DNA of 64,000 nt from an uncultured Methanomassiliicoccales archaeon. GTDB lineage: Archaea; Thermoplasmatota; Thermoplasmata; Methanomassiliicoccales; Methanomethylophilaceae. The notes under the pieces were generated by a model. It saw only the letters and a program-made list of their open reading frames with translations, had not been told where the DNA came from and ran no database searches. The translations under genes were made by a program, and so were the position numbers. This document shows, one piece after another, positions 1 to 8,365 of this stretch (positions within the stretch are counted from its first letter, which is position 1; the number at the start of each line of letters is the position of its first letter). The stretch spans positions 1,439-65,438 of the forward strand of contig CAZCMJ010000001.1 of NCBI GenBank assembly GCA_964499845.1. Reading direction: 5' to 3'.

Positions 1-564
1 CTCGAAGGAGGGGTATCCCTCCACGGTGGTTACGTACACATCCTTCCTGCCGGAGGTGATGAGCTTCATCTGGAGCTGGCTGTAGGTGGCGTTGGCATAG
101 TGTTCGGTGCCGTGTCCCATGAGGACGATCGCGGTCCTGTCCCCGATGTCCTCCGTCTCCTTCACTATGCCCGCGTCGACGGCATCCATGACCATGTCGT
201 AGTCCAGGTCGGTGGTGAGCAGGGGTTTGCCGAGGTATAGGTGTTCGATCCTGCCTTTGTATTGCTCCACGACGGATTCGACCTTCTCGAACTCCTCACC
301 GTTCATGATGTGGGTGGGCTGGACGATGACGGTCCTGAAACCATCGTTGACGAGTCTCTCCATGGCATCGCTGATGTAGTCTATCCTCTCGTTATCGCGT
401 TCCGCGAGTTTCCTGATGATCATCTTGCTGGTGAAGGCCCTCCTGACCTCCCAGTCCCTGTGATGATAGGCGATCAGTTCCTCGATCGCACCGATGGTCC
501 TGGCGCGGTTGTCGTTGTAGCTGGTCCCGAAACTGACCACGAGAATGGCTCTATCGTTGCTCAT
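1..564 (-). CDS. cbiK: sirohydrochlorin cobaltochelatase (CbiK-type), N-terminal part; C-terminus runs off the left window edge
   Basis: Own minus-strand translation from ATG 564-562: MSNDRAILVVSFGTSYNDNRARTIGAIEELIAYHHRDWEVRRAFTSKMIIRKL...MGHGTEH. It is open to position 1 and matches the CbiK VVSFGTSY N-terminus and second-half His motif. It is absent from the ORF track because no stop lies in the window. Confidence 0.75.
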   Translation of the reverse strand, partial: MSNDRAILVVSFGTSYNDNRARTIGAIEELIAYHHRDWEVRRAFTSKMIIRKLAERDNERIDYISDAMERLVNDGFRTVIVQPTHIMNGEEFEKVESVVEQYKGRIEHLYLGKPLLTTDLDYDMVMDAVDAGIVKETEDIGDRTAIVLMGHGTEHYANATYSQLQMKLITSGRKDVYVTTVEGYPSFE

Positions 565-700
565 GGATATCGGTTGGATGGATAATCCAGGATGTACATA
601 ACCTTGACCCTCACTTTGGGTTTATAAAAGACTCTGATGGGTGGGAAAGTGCCCGGAGCGGTCATGATACGGCCCCGGGGTATGGTTTCCAACGGACGGT

Positions 701-2119
701 TCAGAGACCTGCGTGTCTGATCCCGGTGTGGGTGGCGATGTCCCGATCGACCGTGCACAGGTCGTTCAGGGATAGGTCGTGGATGTCGTTGTGTCCGGAT
801 GCCCTGGCGAAGGTCCTGAGTTCCGATCCGATGGCGTTCAGATAGTTGGCGACCCTCTGTGCACCCGCCTCCACATCCAGGCGCATCTCCAGTTCGGGGT
901 CCTGGGTGGCGATGCCCAACGGGCACCTTCCGGAGTCGCATGCCCTGTACCTCTGACAGCCCAGTGCGATGAGGGGCCCCGATGCCATGGCGACCGCATC
1001 TGCACCCATGGCGACGGCCTTCATGACATCCCCGCCTGTGCGGAACCCTCCGGTGATCACAAGCTCCTGTGTCATCCCGTGGTCGTCCATGTACCTCCTG
1101 GCCCTTGCCAGGGCGTAAACGGTGGGGACGGAGCTGTTGTCCCTGAGGTACTTCGGTGATGAGCCCGTGGCCCCTCCCCTTCCGTCGATGGTGATGAAAT
1201 CGCAACCGGATCCCGCGATGAACTCCAGGTCCTCCTCGATGTGTCCCGCGGCTATCTTCACCCCTATGGGCTTCCCGTCGGTCTTGGACCTGAGCATGTC
1301 GACCATGGCCCTGAGGTCGTCGGAGGTCCTTATCTCCGGGAACGATGCGGGGCTGAGGATGTCCTCCCCTGCCCTCCTCCCCCTCATCATGGCTATGATG
1401 TCTGTGACCTTCTCGCCGGGGAGGTGTCCGCCCATGCCGGGTTTGGTTCCCTGGCCGATCTTGATCTCCACAGCATGGCAGTTCCTGAAGGTCTCGGATG
1501 TGGCGCTGTACCTGTTCGGGACGTACTCGTAGATGTATCTGTATGCGGAGTCCATCTCATCGCTGAGGACACCGCCCTCTCCGCTGCACATCGCCGTTCC
1601 GGCCATGGCGCTTCCCTTGGACAATGCGATCTTGGCCCTTCCGGAGAGTGCTCCGAAGCTCATGTGAGAGATGTACACGGGGGTCTCCAGGACCATGGGC
1701 TGTTTCGCATTCCTTCCGATCACCGTGCGGAGGCTGACCTCGTCCTTCTCCTCCAGCGGTTTGGATGCGAGCTGTGCTCCGAGGAAGAGGATATCTGTGA
1801 AATCAGGGACCGGTATGAGTGTCTCCATAGGTGCCCCCGGGCCCTTTCCGGTGTACGACATACTTCTGATCTCGTCGATGATGCCGTTGTCGTGCCTGAT
1901 GAATCTAGGGTCTATCTCGATCTGGACCTCATCCTTCATGTCGGGGACATCGCCCTCGGATGTGGGTTGGGCCATGTCTTCGTCCTCGATGAGCACGAAT
2001 TCCGATTTGGGAGAGCGGCAGACGGGGCAGTACCAATCGTCGGGGAGGTCCTCGAACCTCACACCTTCGATCTCCTCGTCGTAGATCTCTCCGCAGATCA
2101 TGCATCTGTATCTGGCCAT
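701..2119 (-). CDS. rubredoxin-domain fused to FMN-dependent glutamate synthase (GltB domain 2-like) protein
   Basis: 472-aa ORF. The N-terminus has CxxC...CPVC ([15 protein letters not shown]...[13 protein letters not shown]), a rubredoxin-like knuckle pair. The remainder carries GltS FMN-domain motifs ([33 protein letters not shown]). Confidence 0.8.
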   Translation of the reverse strand: MARYRCMICGEIYDEEIEGVRFEDLPDDWYCPVCRSPKSEFVLIEDEDMAQPTSEGDVPDMKDEVQIEIDPRFIRHDNGIIDEIRSMSYTGKGPGAPMETLIPVPDFTDILFLGAQLASKPLEEKDEVSLRTVIGRNAKQPMVLETPVYISHMSFGALSGRAKIALSKGSAMAGTAMCSGEGGVLSDEMDSAYRYIYEYVPNRYSATSETFRNCHAVEIKIGQGTKPGMGGHLPGEKVTDIIAMMRGRRAGEDILSPASFPEIRTSDDLRAMVDMLRSKTDGKPIGVKIAAGHIEEDLEFIAGSGCDFITIDGRGGATGSSPKYLRDNSSVPTVYALARARRYMDDHGMTQELVITGGFRTGGDVMKAVAMGADAVAMASGPLIALGCQRYRACDSGRCPLGIATQDPELEMRLDVEAGAQRVANYLNAIGSELRTFARASGHNDIHDLSLNDLCTVDRDIATHTGIRHAGL

Positions 2120-2202
2120 GACCGTGCGAGTCGGTGCATGTTAAAAAGGCTGTCCCGGGAGCTTCGTATCGTCCGTTGTATTCTGGAAGGATAAGGATAA
2201 GG

Positions 2203-2490
2203 ATGTTTGCCGCGACGATGGATGATTTGCAGATGATCGATAGTGGTGAGGTCAATCCCGGGGACCCCAGGCCCCGTAGGTCCGCCGAGGATCTCAGGAA
2301 CGACATACTGACCATTCTGCGTGACAGGGGTGCCGTCTCCATGAGGGAGATCACCGACGCATTGGGTTATTCGAGGAACGCTCAGAACGTGTACCGGATG
2401 GTCCGTGACATGGTCTCCGAGGGCAGGGTCGAGTACACCATACCTGATAAGATAAGCAGTAGGAATCAGCGCATACGTCTGAAACTGTGA
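2203..2490 (+). CDS. small winged-helix DNA-binding protein (stand-alone wHTH)
   Basis: Track ORF 2134-2490. I chose ATG 2203 because it follows an AT-rich stretch. ILTILRDRGAVSMREITDALGYSRNAQNVYRMVRDMVSEGRVEYT looks like a wHTH of the type found at the C-termini of Fic or AlbA_2-type regulators. Confidence 0.5.
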   Translation: MFAATMDDLQMIDSGEVNPGDPRPRRSAEDLRNDILTILRDRGAVSMREITDALGYSRNAQNVYRMVRDMVSEGRVEYTIPDKISSRNQRIRLKL

Positions 2491-2532
2491 GAGATAAGGG
2501 GAAAGGGTTTCCGTGACCCGGGTTGACCGGGA

Positions 2533-2994
2533 TCACTCGAGTCCGTCGTCGAACTCGTCCATGAGGTCGACCATGAAGTCCTCGGGCTCCACCAGGAGGT
2601 CCTGGTCGTACACCTCGTTGAACACCCTTATCCCGAATGCACTTCCCTCGTACATGACGAAGGCGGTGACGGCATAGGGGGCCTCCCAATCCTCGTCGAG
2701 GATGGCGGTGTTGTGGTCGAAGATACGCTCCCTGGCCTCATCGGCCTTGTCCCCGAAGATCCCGTCCAGGGCATCGTCGGGCACATCCACGTAGAGCTCA
2801 TCCTCGTCTGTGTAGTCGTACTGTACGAGGACGACCTTCGCTCCGACATCCTTCGCGAACGCCTTCAGGTCCTCAAGGGTGTTGGCACCGAGGATGACGG
2901 GTGCCTCGAATTCGTCGAATGCCTCCGAGACCTCGTACACGGGGATGTCGAACTGTTCGGTGATCGCTTCTGTGACCAGGAATGTCTGCTCCAT
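2533..2994 (-). CDS. hypothetical, extremely acidic 153-aa protein
   Basis: Intact ORF with good GC3 bias. A TATA-like ATTTATACA lies ~25 nt upstream of the ATG on the minus strand. Very D/E-rich, with no recognisable motif. Confidence 0.55.
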   Translation of the reverse strand: MEQTFLVTEAITEQFDIPVYEVSEAFDEFEAPVILGANTLEDLKAFAKDVGAKVVLVQYDYTDEDELYVDVPDDALDGIFGDKADEARERIFDHNTAILDEDWEAPYAVTAFVMYEGSAFGIRVFNEVYDQDLLVEPEDFMVDLMDEFDDGLE

Positions 2995-3043
2995 ATCCCG
3001 TCATCCTCTGGGTTGTATAAATCGGTTGGAGTCCGTGGTTCGG

Positions 3044-4144
3044 TCAGAGTAGCTTGCGTGACTCTATGTACCTCTCGATCAGACTGTCCACGACCCTGGG
3101 GTCGTCGATGTCCTCACCGGATTCCCTGATCATCCTCGCCATGTCCGCTGCGGACCCAAGTTCGTAGTCGTGGTAGTCCTTGAAGTAGTATCCGTTCCTC
3201 ACGGCCCACTCGAATGGGAACAGGGATGCGCGGTCGAGGACGTATCTGTCGAAATGGGCCTCCATCTCCAAGGTGTTGATGACCTCCAGGAACTCGCCTA
3301 TGCTCCCCCTGTCGGGTTCCACATGGGGCAGTCCGAGGTCCGGATACTCCGCGGCGTAACTGTTCATGAACCCGGCCATGTTCTCCACTCCTGTGGGGGA
3401 CAGGTGGACGTAGCGTTTGGGCTCTATGGCGACGGATGTGGGGCTCACCAGCAGCGGTCTTCCGTTGGCCTTCTTGTTCTTGGCGCTCTTGGGGGCACGG
3501 TCCCTCACCAGGCGCACCTCCATGTCCTCCCTGTCGTACACCATGGGTCCATCGTGGAATGCGAGGACGTTGCCCATGATCGCTATCCTCACACCCTGGG
3601 GCAGGATGACCGCACCCTTGGGTCTCACACCCTGGACAGGCCACGACTCCAGGCTGGCGGTGACAGCATCCTCGTCGAAGTAGAGGTTTCCGCAGATCCT
3701 CATGGCCTCCTTGTGGTCCTTGCTCCCCGGTTCGTCGGCGGCATCCATCAGGGCGTAGAACCTGGCGATGTTCCCGCAGTCCTCGGGGGGACTCTCCCCG
3801 GACCAACCTGTGAGCAGGGCCCACGGAAGGTCGACATCGTCCCTGGGCTCCTCCCAGACTACGGTGATCCCCCACCCGTCTTTCATGTCATAGGTGTAGT
3901 GGATCTCGTCGCCGATGTGGTCCGTCAGGGGGACGAGGTCCTCGTCCTCTGCGTTCCCGTGTCCCTTGGGGCCGATCTTTCTATCCTTCACCATGAAGAC
4001 ATGGTCGTGGATGTCCGACCAGCTGAACACTGATTGTATCGTACTGTTGAGGTCGTTGAACGATGCGTTGCAGGGGATAGCGACTGTTCTGATTATGGAG
4101 GGGTAGCTTCCATCTATGGATATGCTCAATTGAAAGGAGGTCAT
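3044..4144 (-). CDS. pRiA4b ORF-3-like (MM3350-like) domain protein
   Basis: 366-aa ORF. The N-terminus (FQLSISIDGSYPSIIRTVAIPCNASFNDLNSTIQSVFSWSDIHDHVF...YTYDMKDGWGITVVWEE) fits the pRiA4_Orf3 pattern (L-x-V-x-L...P-x-IWR...L-x-x-LH...GW...HL-x-F...YxYDFGDxW). Confidence 0.6.
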   Translation of the reverse strand: MTSFQLSISIDGSYPSIIRTVAIPCNASFNDLNSTIQSVFSWSDIHDHVFMVKDRKIGPKGHGNAEDEDLVPLTDHIGDEIHYTYDMKDGWGITVVWEEPRDDVDLPWALLTGWSGESPPEDCGNIARFYALMDAADEPGSKDHKEAMRICGNLYFDEDAVTASLESWPVQGVRPKGAVILPQGVRIAIMGNVLAFHDGPMVYDREDMEVRLVRDRAPKSAKNKKANGRPLLVSPTSVAIEPKRYVHLSPTGVENMAGFMNSYAAEYPDLGLPHVEPDRGSIGEFLEVINTLEMEAHFDRYVLDRASLFPFEWAVRNGYYFKDYHDYELGSAADMARMIRESGEDIDDPRVVDSLIERYIESRKLL

Positions 4145-4441
4145 GTGATACCTCCATAATCATATACGTTTTTAATATCTCTTTGCCTATGGATACGGAT
4201 ATACGTTGCCGTATTGTATCTTCCATGAGCACAGTATGTTGAGACAATCTCCAATAACCATGTATTCCAGTGGTAAAAGGCATATCCGTCGCATCTGTCC
4301 GGAGATGCACCCTCTGTATCTTCCCATCCCATGGCGGGTGTCTCGCGGTATGGGTTTACAATTGTGGCCCCGTCGTATAGGGTCCGCTCCGTCAACGGCG
4401 TTGAGAATCATTATAAAAAGGGTCCGCACCTCGGTGTGTCC

Positions 4442-5404
4442 ATGACCTTCAAGTACGCAGACCTCGAGGACTCGATAGTGGATTCCGTCCGCAGGGGGGT
4501 GGAGGGACGCCGTGTGGGTGTCGCGTTCTCCGGGGGATTGGACTCCGGTCTCGTGTCCGCACTGGCCAAGGGGTTCGCCGAGAGCGTCCATCTGTACACA
4601 TGCGGGACCTCCAACGCCTTCGACGTGGTCATGGCCAGGGACCTGTCCGAGAGGCTCGGCCTTCCGTGGACGCATGTGCAGCTCACCAGGGGCAACATCG
4701 AGGGTTACGTGAGGGAGATCATCGCCGCCACGGGGATATCCGATCCGTTCACCGTTTCCTACGAACTGCAGCTGTTCAGCGTCTGCAAGGCCGCGGAGGA
4801 GGACATCATAGTGTCCGGACAGGGTTCCGACGAGTACTTCATGGGATGCGCCAAGTTCGTCGGGCAGACCAGGGAGAACTACGAGGTCCTCAGGGAGGCC
4901 AGTGTGGACCGTCTGCTGGATGTGTCCGTCCCCTGTGAGCTGAGCATCGCGGAGCACTTCGGTAAGACCATGGTGTACCCGTACATGGATCAGGAGGTTG
5001 TGTCCCGGATAGGCATGTTGGACCCGGAGGACCTGATCCCCAAGGATATGGATTCCAGGAAGTCGGTGCTCAAGGCCATCGCCGTGGATCTGGGGTACCC
5101 GGTGCTGGCGGAGAGGAAGAAGAAATCGTCACAGTACGGTTCCGGTACCACCGACCTCATAAGGGCGGTCGCCAGGGACAGGGGCATGATGTACAACGAG
5201 TACATCGCATCCGTCTACGACGAAGTGGTCAACGGGAAGCTCCCGGACAGCGGAAGGGGGTCTGTCATCAACGCAAGGGTGGATTCCGTCCTGAAGGTGG
5301 AGGCGGAGAGGGTCATAGCGGAATGCGGTTCCAACCCCTCGGCGGTCATGGACCTGGTATACAGGAGGATCGTCAGAGAGGGAGGTCTCGGATTCCTGAG
5401 GTGA
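4442..5404 (+). CDS. asparagine-synthetase-domain PP-loop ATP pyrophosphatase with C-terminal DinJ/RelB-like ribbon-helix-helix tail
   Basis: Track ORF 4331-5404; ATG 4442 lies ~25 nt after the TATA CATTATAAAAAG. PP-loop motif VAFSGGLDSG. The C-terminal INARVDSVLKVEAERVIAECGSNPSAVMDLVYRRIVREGGLGF resembles the DinJ antitoxin N-domain. Confidence 0.7.
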   Translation: MTFKYADLEDSIVDSVRRGVEGRRVGVAFSGGLDSGLVSALAKGFAESVHLYTCGTSNAFDVVMARDLSERLGLPWTHVQLTRGNIEGYVREIIAATGISDPFTVSYELQLFSVCKAAEEDIIVSGQGSDEYFMGCAKFVGQTRENYEVLREASVDRLLDVSVPCELSIAEHFGKTMVYPYMDQEVVSRIGMLDPEDLIPKDMDSRKSVLKAIAVDLGYPVLAERKKKSSQYGSGTTDLIRAVARDRGMMYNEYIASVYDEVVNGKLPDSGRGSVINARVDSVLKVEAERVIAECGSNPSAVMDLVYRRIVREGGLGFLR

Positions 5405-5513
5405 GGGTGTTCCCCGATCCACCTCATCCGGTACCGGTGCGGGGATCTCTGAACACCGTGCGATCCCGGAACATTGGTTATATAGGGTCGACAGGATTGC
5501 GACCGTGATACAC

Positions 5514-6326
5514 ATGACATCCGAATCATCCAACGTCAGAGTGGGACTTGTAGGCGCATGCGGAAGGATGGGACAGCTCATCATCAAGCGCGTGCTGGCC
5601 ACCGAGGGTATGGAGATCTCCTCCGCCTTCGACCTCGTGAACATCGGGAAGGACATCGGAGAGGTCGTCGGTGTCGGCAAGCTCGACGTCCCCGTCTCCG
5701 ACTCCAAGGATCTGGTCCAGGTCCTGAGGGATTCGAGGACCGATGTCCTCATCGACTTCACCATCGCACCCGCCACCGCCGTGAACGCCCCCCTCGCAGC
5801 ATCCGCAGGTGTCAACCTCATCATCGGAACCACTGGACTCACCCCCGAGCAGAAGGCAGACATCACCGAGGCGGTCAGGAGCAACAACGTGGCCGCCGTG
5901 ATATCGTCCAACTACTCCATCGGCGTAGGGGTCTTCTTCAAGCTCATCAGGGATGCCGCGAAGTACCTCGGCGACGAGTACGATGTGGAGATCATCGAAG
6001 CCCACCACAACCAGAAGAAGGATGCACCCAGCGGGACCGCCGTCACTGCGGCGGAGATCATCAGTGAGGCCATGGGCGGAAAGGACATGGTCTACGGGCG
6101 CCAGGGTGTCTGCCCTCGCGGGAAGGAGATCGGTATCCACGCCGTCAGGGGAGGGGACATCGTCGGTGACCACACCGTTATGTTCATCGGTAACTCCGAG
6201 AGGATCGAGGTCCGCCATCAGGCCCACTCCAGGGAGATCTTCGTGGGCGGGGCCGTCCTCGCTGCCAAGTGGGTCGTCTCCCAGGGGAAGGGGAAGGTCT
6301 ACGCCATGTCCGATGTCCTGAACTGA
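5514..6326 (+). CDS. dapB: 4-hydroxy-tetrahydrodipicolinate reductase
   Basis: VRVGLVGACGRMG NAD(P) loop, EAHHNQKKDAPSGTA catalytic motif and a GGDIVGDHTV motif. ATG 5514 lies ~30 nt after the TATA TTATATAG. Confidence 0.9.
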   Translation: MTSESSNVRVGLVGACGRMGQLIIKRVLATEGMEISSAFDLVNIGKDIGEVVGVGKLDVPVSDSKDLVQVLRDSRTDVLIDFTIAPATAVNAPLAASAGVNLIIGTTGLTPEQKADITEAVRSNNVAAVISSNYSIGVGVFFKLIRDAAKYLGDEYDVEIIEAHHNQKKDAPSGTAVTAAEIISEAMGGKDMVYGRQGVCPRGKEIGIHAVRGGDIVGDHTVMFIGNSERIEVRHQAHSREIFVGGAVLAAKWVVSQGKGKVYAMSDVLN

Positions 6327-6401
6327 GGACCATCGGAGACAATTGAAACGGGCCCGTCGGCGTTGTTTCGGCGGACCCTGTCTTATCCATGCGGCGATGT
6401 G

Positions 6402-6861
6402 GTGTTACTGTACCATGGTGGCGGTCCTGTGATCCTGGACATCTCTGAGACATTCGATCTCGGCAGGGATTCTACACCGTGACCGATCCAGAATGTGCCC
6501 CCGTCATGCCCGGATCATCTCTTCATATTCCGGGATCCATCCTGCCGTCTCCGTGTACGGGTTCGACGAAGATCCCGGGGACGGTCTCCGGATGCTGAGG
6601 TTCGGTTCCGCCGACGGCGATTGGTTGGACTTCGTCACCGGGAACCGCAAGGGTTCCGTCACGGACGGAGATTACGATATCTTGGTCGGCCCCATGGCTG
6701 ACGAGAGGGCTCGTTGTATCATACTGCTCTACAAGGATGGTGTTCTCGACAGGGAATAGGCCATAGAAACGCTGTACGGGATGGATCTTCCCGAGATGCA
6801 TGTCTTCGTGACGGAAAGTTCTCTCTCCCTTCTGGATCCCAGAGGTGTGCCCTATGGATGA
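6402..6861 (+). pseudogene. DUF3990-like gene, decayed (at least two frameshifts plus an in-frame TAG)
   Basis: Own translation. Frame 0 gives (V)LLYHGGGPVILDISETFDLGR then a stop. Frame +2 continues GFYTVTDPECA. Frame +1 (track ORF 6493-6759) gives LRMLRFGSADGDWLDFVTGNRKGSVTDGDYDILVGPMAD...DRE, then TAG at 6757-6759, then AIETLYGMDLPEMHVFVTESSLSLLDPRGV. Confidence 0.5.
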
Positions 6862-7054
6862 GGTGAGGTTTTCTACGGTCCTGGGCACGTTGATCGTACC
6901 GAATGCGGTCGGCATAATCATTGGTGGAATGGGTATGGGTGCCGAAGATGCTATCGGGGCGTTCTACCGTTCGGAGACCTATGCCATGCTGTCCGATCAG
7001 AGGTCTTCGGTCTGGCACCTCTCCCCTCGGACCATCTTCCGTATGTGGGAGTGA
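6854..7054 (+). CDS. small DUF3791-like protein (possibly also decaying)
   Basis: Track ORF 6845-7054, with an ATG at 6854. AIGAFYRSETYAMLSDQRSSVWHLSPRTIFRMWE resembles small proteins that accompany DUF3990 genes. Confidence 0.35.
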   Translation: MDEVRFSTVLGTLIVPNAVGIIIGGMGMGAEDAIGAFYRSETYAMLSDQRSSVWHLSPRTIFRMWE

Positions 7055-7064
7055 GGCAGGGTAT

Positions 7065-7315
7065 GTGCATATCGACATCCCCGATGGAGTGGATGCGGAC
7101 AGGAGAGTGACCTTCGCCATCCATTGCATAGAGTTGTACAGGAGGGCTCACGGTCGGATGGTGACGCGGTCATGGATGCCTTCATAGGCACCGGTGCTCT
7201 GGGCTACATCCTGGATGATCCGGAATCGTTCATCTCAGATGTCAGTGTCCGGCAATCCATACCGAATCAGGGTGTCGGGGCACATCCCATCCTGATATCA
7301 TTCATTCCTGCATAA
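7065..7315 (+). pseudogene. DUF3791-like gene with a frameshift near 7150-7160
   Basis: One frame reads ...VTFAIHCIELYRRAHG (track ORF 6921-7187). The family-like continuation SDGDAVMDAFIGTGALGYILDDPESF lies in the adjacent frame (track ORF 7124-7315). Confidence 0.4.
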
Positions 7316-7389
7316 GAGGGACTTTAGCTCCGTTGAAGTCATTACGCAATCATGTTGAAGGCGCAAACAGAGTGATGGTTGTATAATAA

Positions 7390-7466
7390 TGGAGCCGCCT
7401 CTGAGATTCGAACTCAGGACCTGCTGATTACAAGTCAGCCGCACTACCGGGCTATGCAAAGGCGGC
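7390..7466 (-). tRNA. tRNA-Thr (anticodon UGU), CCA encoded
   Basis: Hand-folded cloverleaf: acceptor GCCGCCT/AGGCGGC, anticodon arm GCTGA-CTTGTAA-TCAGC, T arm CTGAG-TTCGAAT-CTCAG, 3' TCCA. Confidence 0.85.
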
Positions 7467-7604
7467 AGGTAGTGAGTCTCCGTATCATGATCTTGTTTAT
7501 AATGCTTTTTCTCCGCACCTCGGTCGGAGGACCTTCGGACGATACATTTATTATAAGTGATGTGATGGGCACGCTCGTAACTTTACCATTTATGGTGATT
7601 TCAA

Positions 7605-8291
7605 ATGGCAGACGCTAAGAAGCTCATCCGCCTTAACTACAAGGCATACCTGGCAGACGCAGACGAGAAACTGTACGACACCACCGATGCAGAGGCCGCC
7701 AAAGAGGCAGGAATCTTCAACGAGAAGTACACCTACGCCCCCATGTCCTACATCGTGGGATCCAAGACCCTCTTCCCCGACCTCGAGGAGGCCATCGCCA
7801 ACGCCGAGATCGGAAAGGAGACCGAGGTCGTCATCCCCTGCGAGAACGCAGCCGGACCCAGGAACCCCAAGCTCATCGAGCTGTACCCCATCAAGGACTT
7901 CTACAAGCAGGAGATCAACCCCTACCCCGGAATGCCCGTCAACCTCGGCAACAGGAACGGTATCGTCCTCTCCGTCGGAGCCGGACGTGTGAAGGTCGAC
8001 TTCAACAACCAGCTCGCCGGACACGACCTCATGTACAGGTTCACCGTCGTCGAGGAGGTCACCGATGCAAAGGAGAAGGCCAAGGCAATCGTCGAGATCG
8101 CATTCGGCTCCTCCGAGGGATTCGACTTCGAGGTCGCTGACGACAAGGTCACCGTCATCGAGTCCGAGATCTGCAAGTTCCACCAGAACTGGGCTGTCGC
8201 CAAGTACAAGATCGTCACCGACCTCCGCGAGGCCTTCGGTGTCGCCCGTGTCGACTTCCTCCAGGTCTGGGACGCAGGCAAGAAGGAGTGA
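7605..8291 (+). CDS. FKBP-type peptidyl-prolyl cis-trans isomerase (long archaeal SlyD-like form)
   Basis: 228-aa ORF. FKBP core with an insert-in-flap (GRVKVDFNNQLAGHDLMYRFTVVEV) and a C-terminal extra domain. Confidence 0.8.
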   Translation: MADAKKLIRLNYKAYLADADEKLYDTTDAEAAKEAGIFNEKYTYAPMSYIVGSKTLFPDLEEAIANAEIGKETEVVIPCENAAGPRNPKLIELYPIKDFYKQEINPYPGMPVNLGNRNGIVLSVGAGRVKVDFNNQLAGHDLMYRFTVVEEVTDAKEKAKAIVEIAFGSSEGFDFEVADDKVTVIESEICKFHQNWAVAKYKIVTDLREAFGVARVDFLQVWDAGKKE

Positions 8292-8293
8292 TC

Positions 8294-8340
8294 CCGGGGT
8301 TCTCCCCGGACATCCAAACCCTTTCGGCCCTCACGGGCCG
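8294..8340. terminator. two GC hairpins between convergent genes (FKBP and Fic)
   Basis: CCGGGG-TTCT-CCCCGG at 8294-8309 and CGGCCC-TCAC-GGGCCG at 8325-8340, followed by CTTTCTC. Confidence 0.4.
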
Positions 8341-8365
8341 GACCTTTCTCATCCCCACTTTCTGA

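Noticed and set aside
1241-2194. 317-aa plus-strand ORF, plus ORFs 241-585, 561-1205 and 779-1159 at the left end
   Set aside because: They overlap the rubredoxin-GltB gene or the cbiK fragment on the opposite strand or in off frames, and none has recognisable motifs.
6757-6759. In-frame TAG in the DUF3990-like gene as a genuine pyrrolysine codon
   Set aside because: The idea is tempting because the frame stays family-like after the TAG and TAG stops are otherwise absent. However, the same gene needs at least two frameshifts upstream, so simple decay is the more economical explanation.
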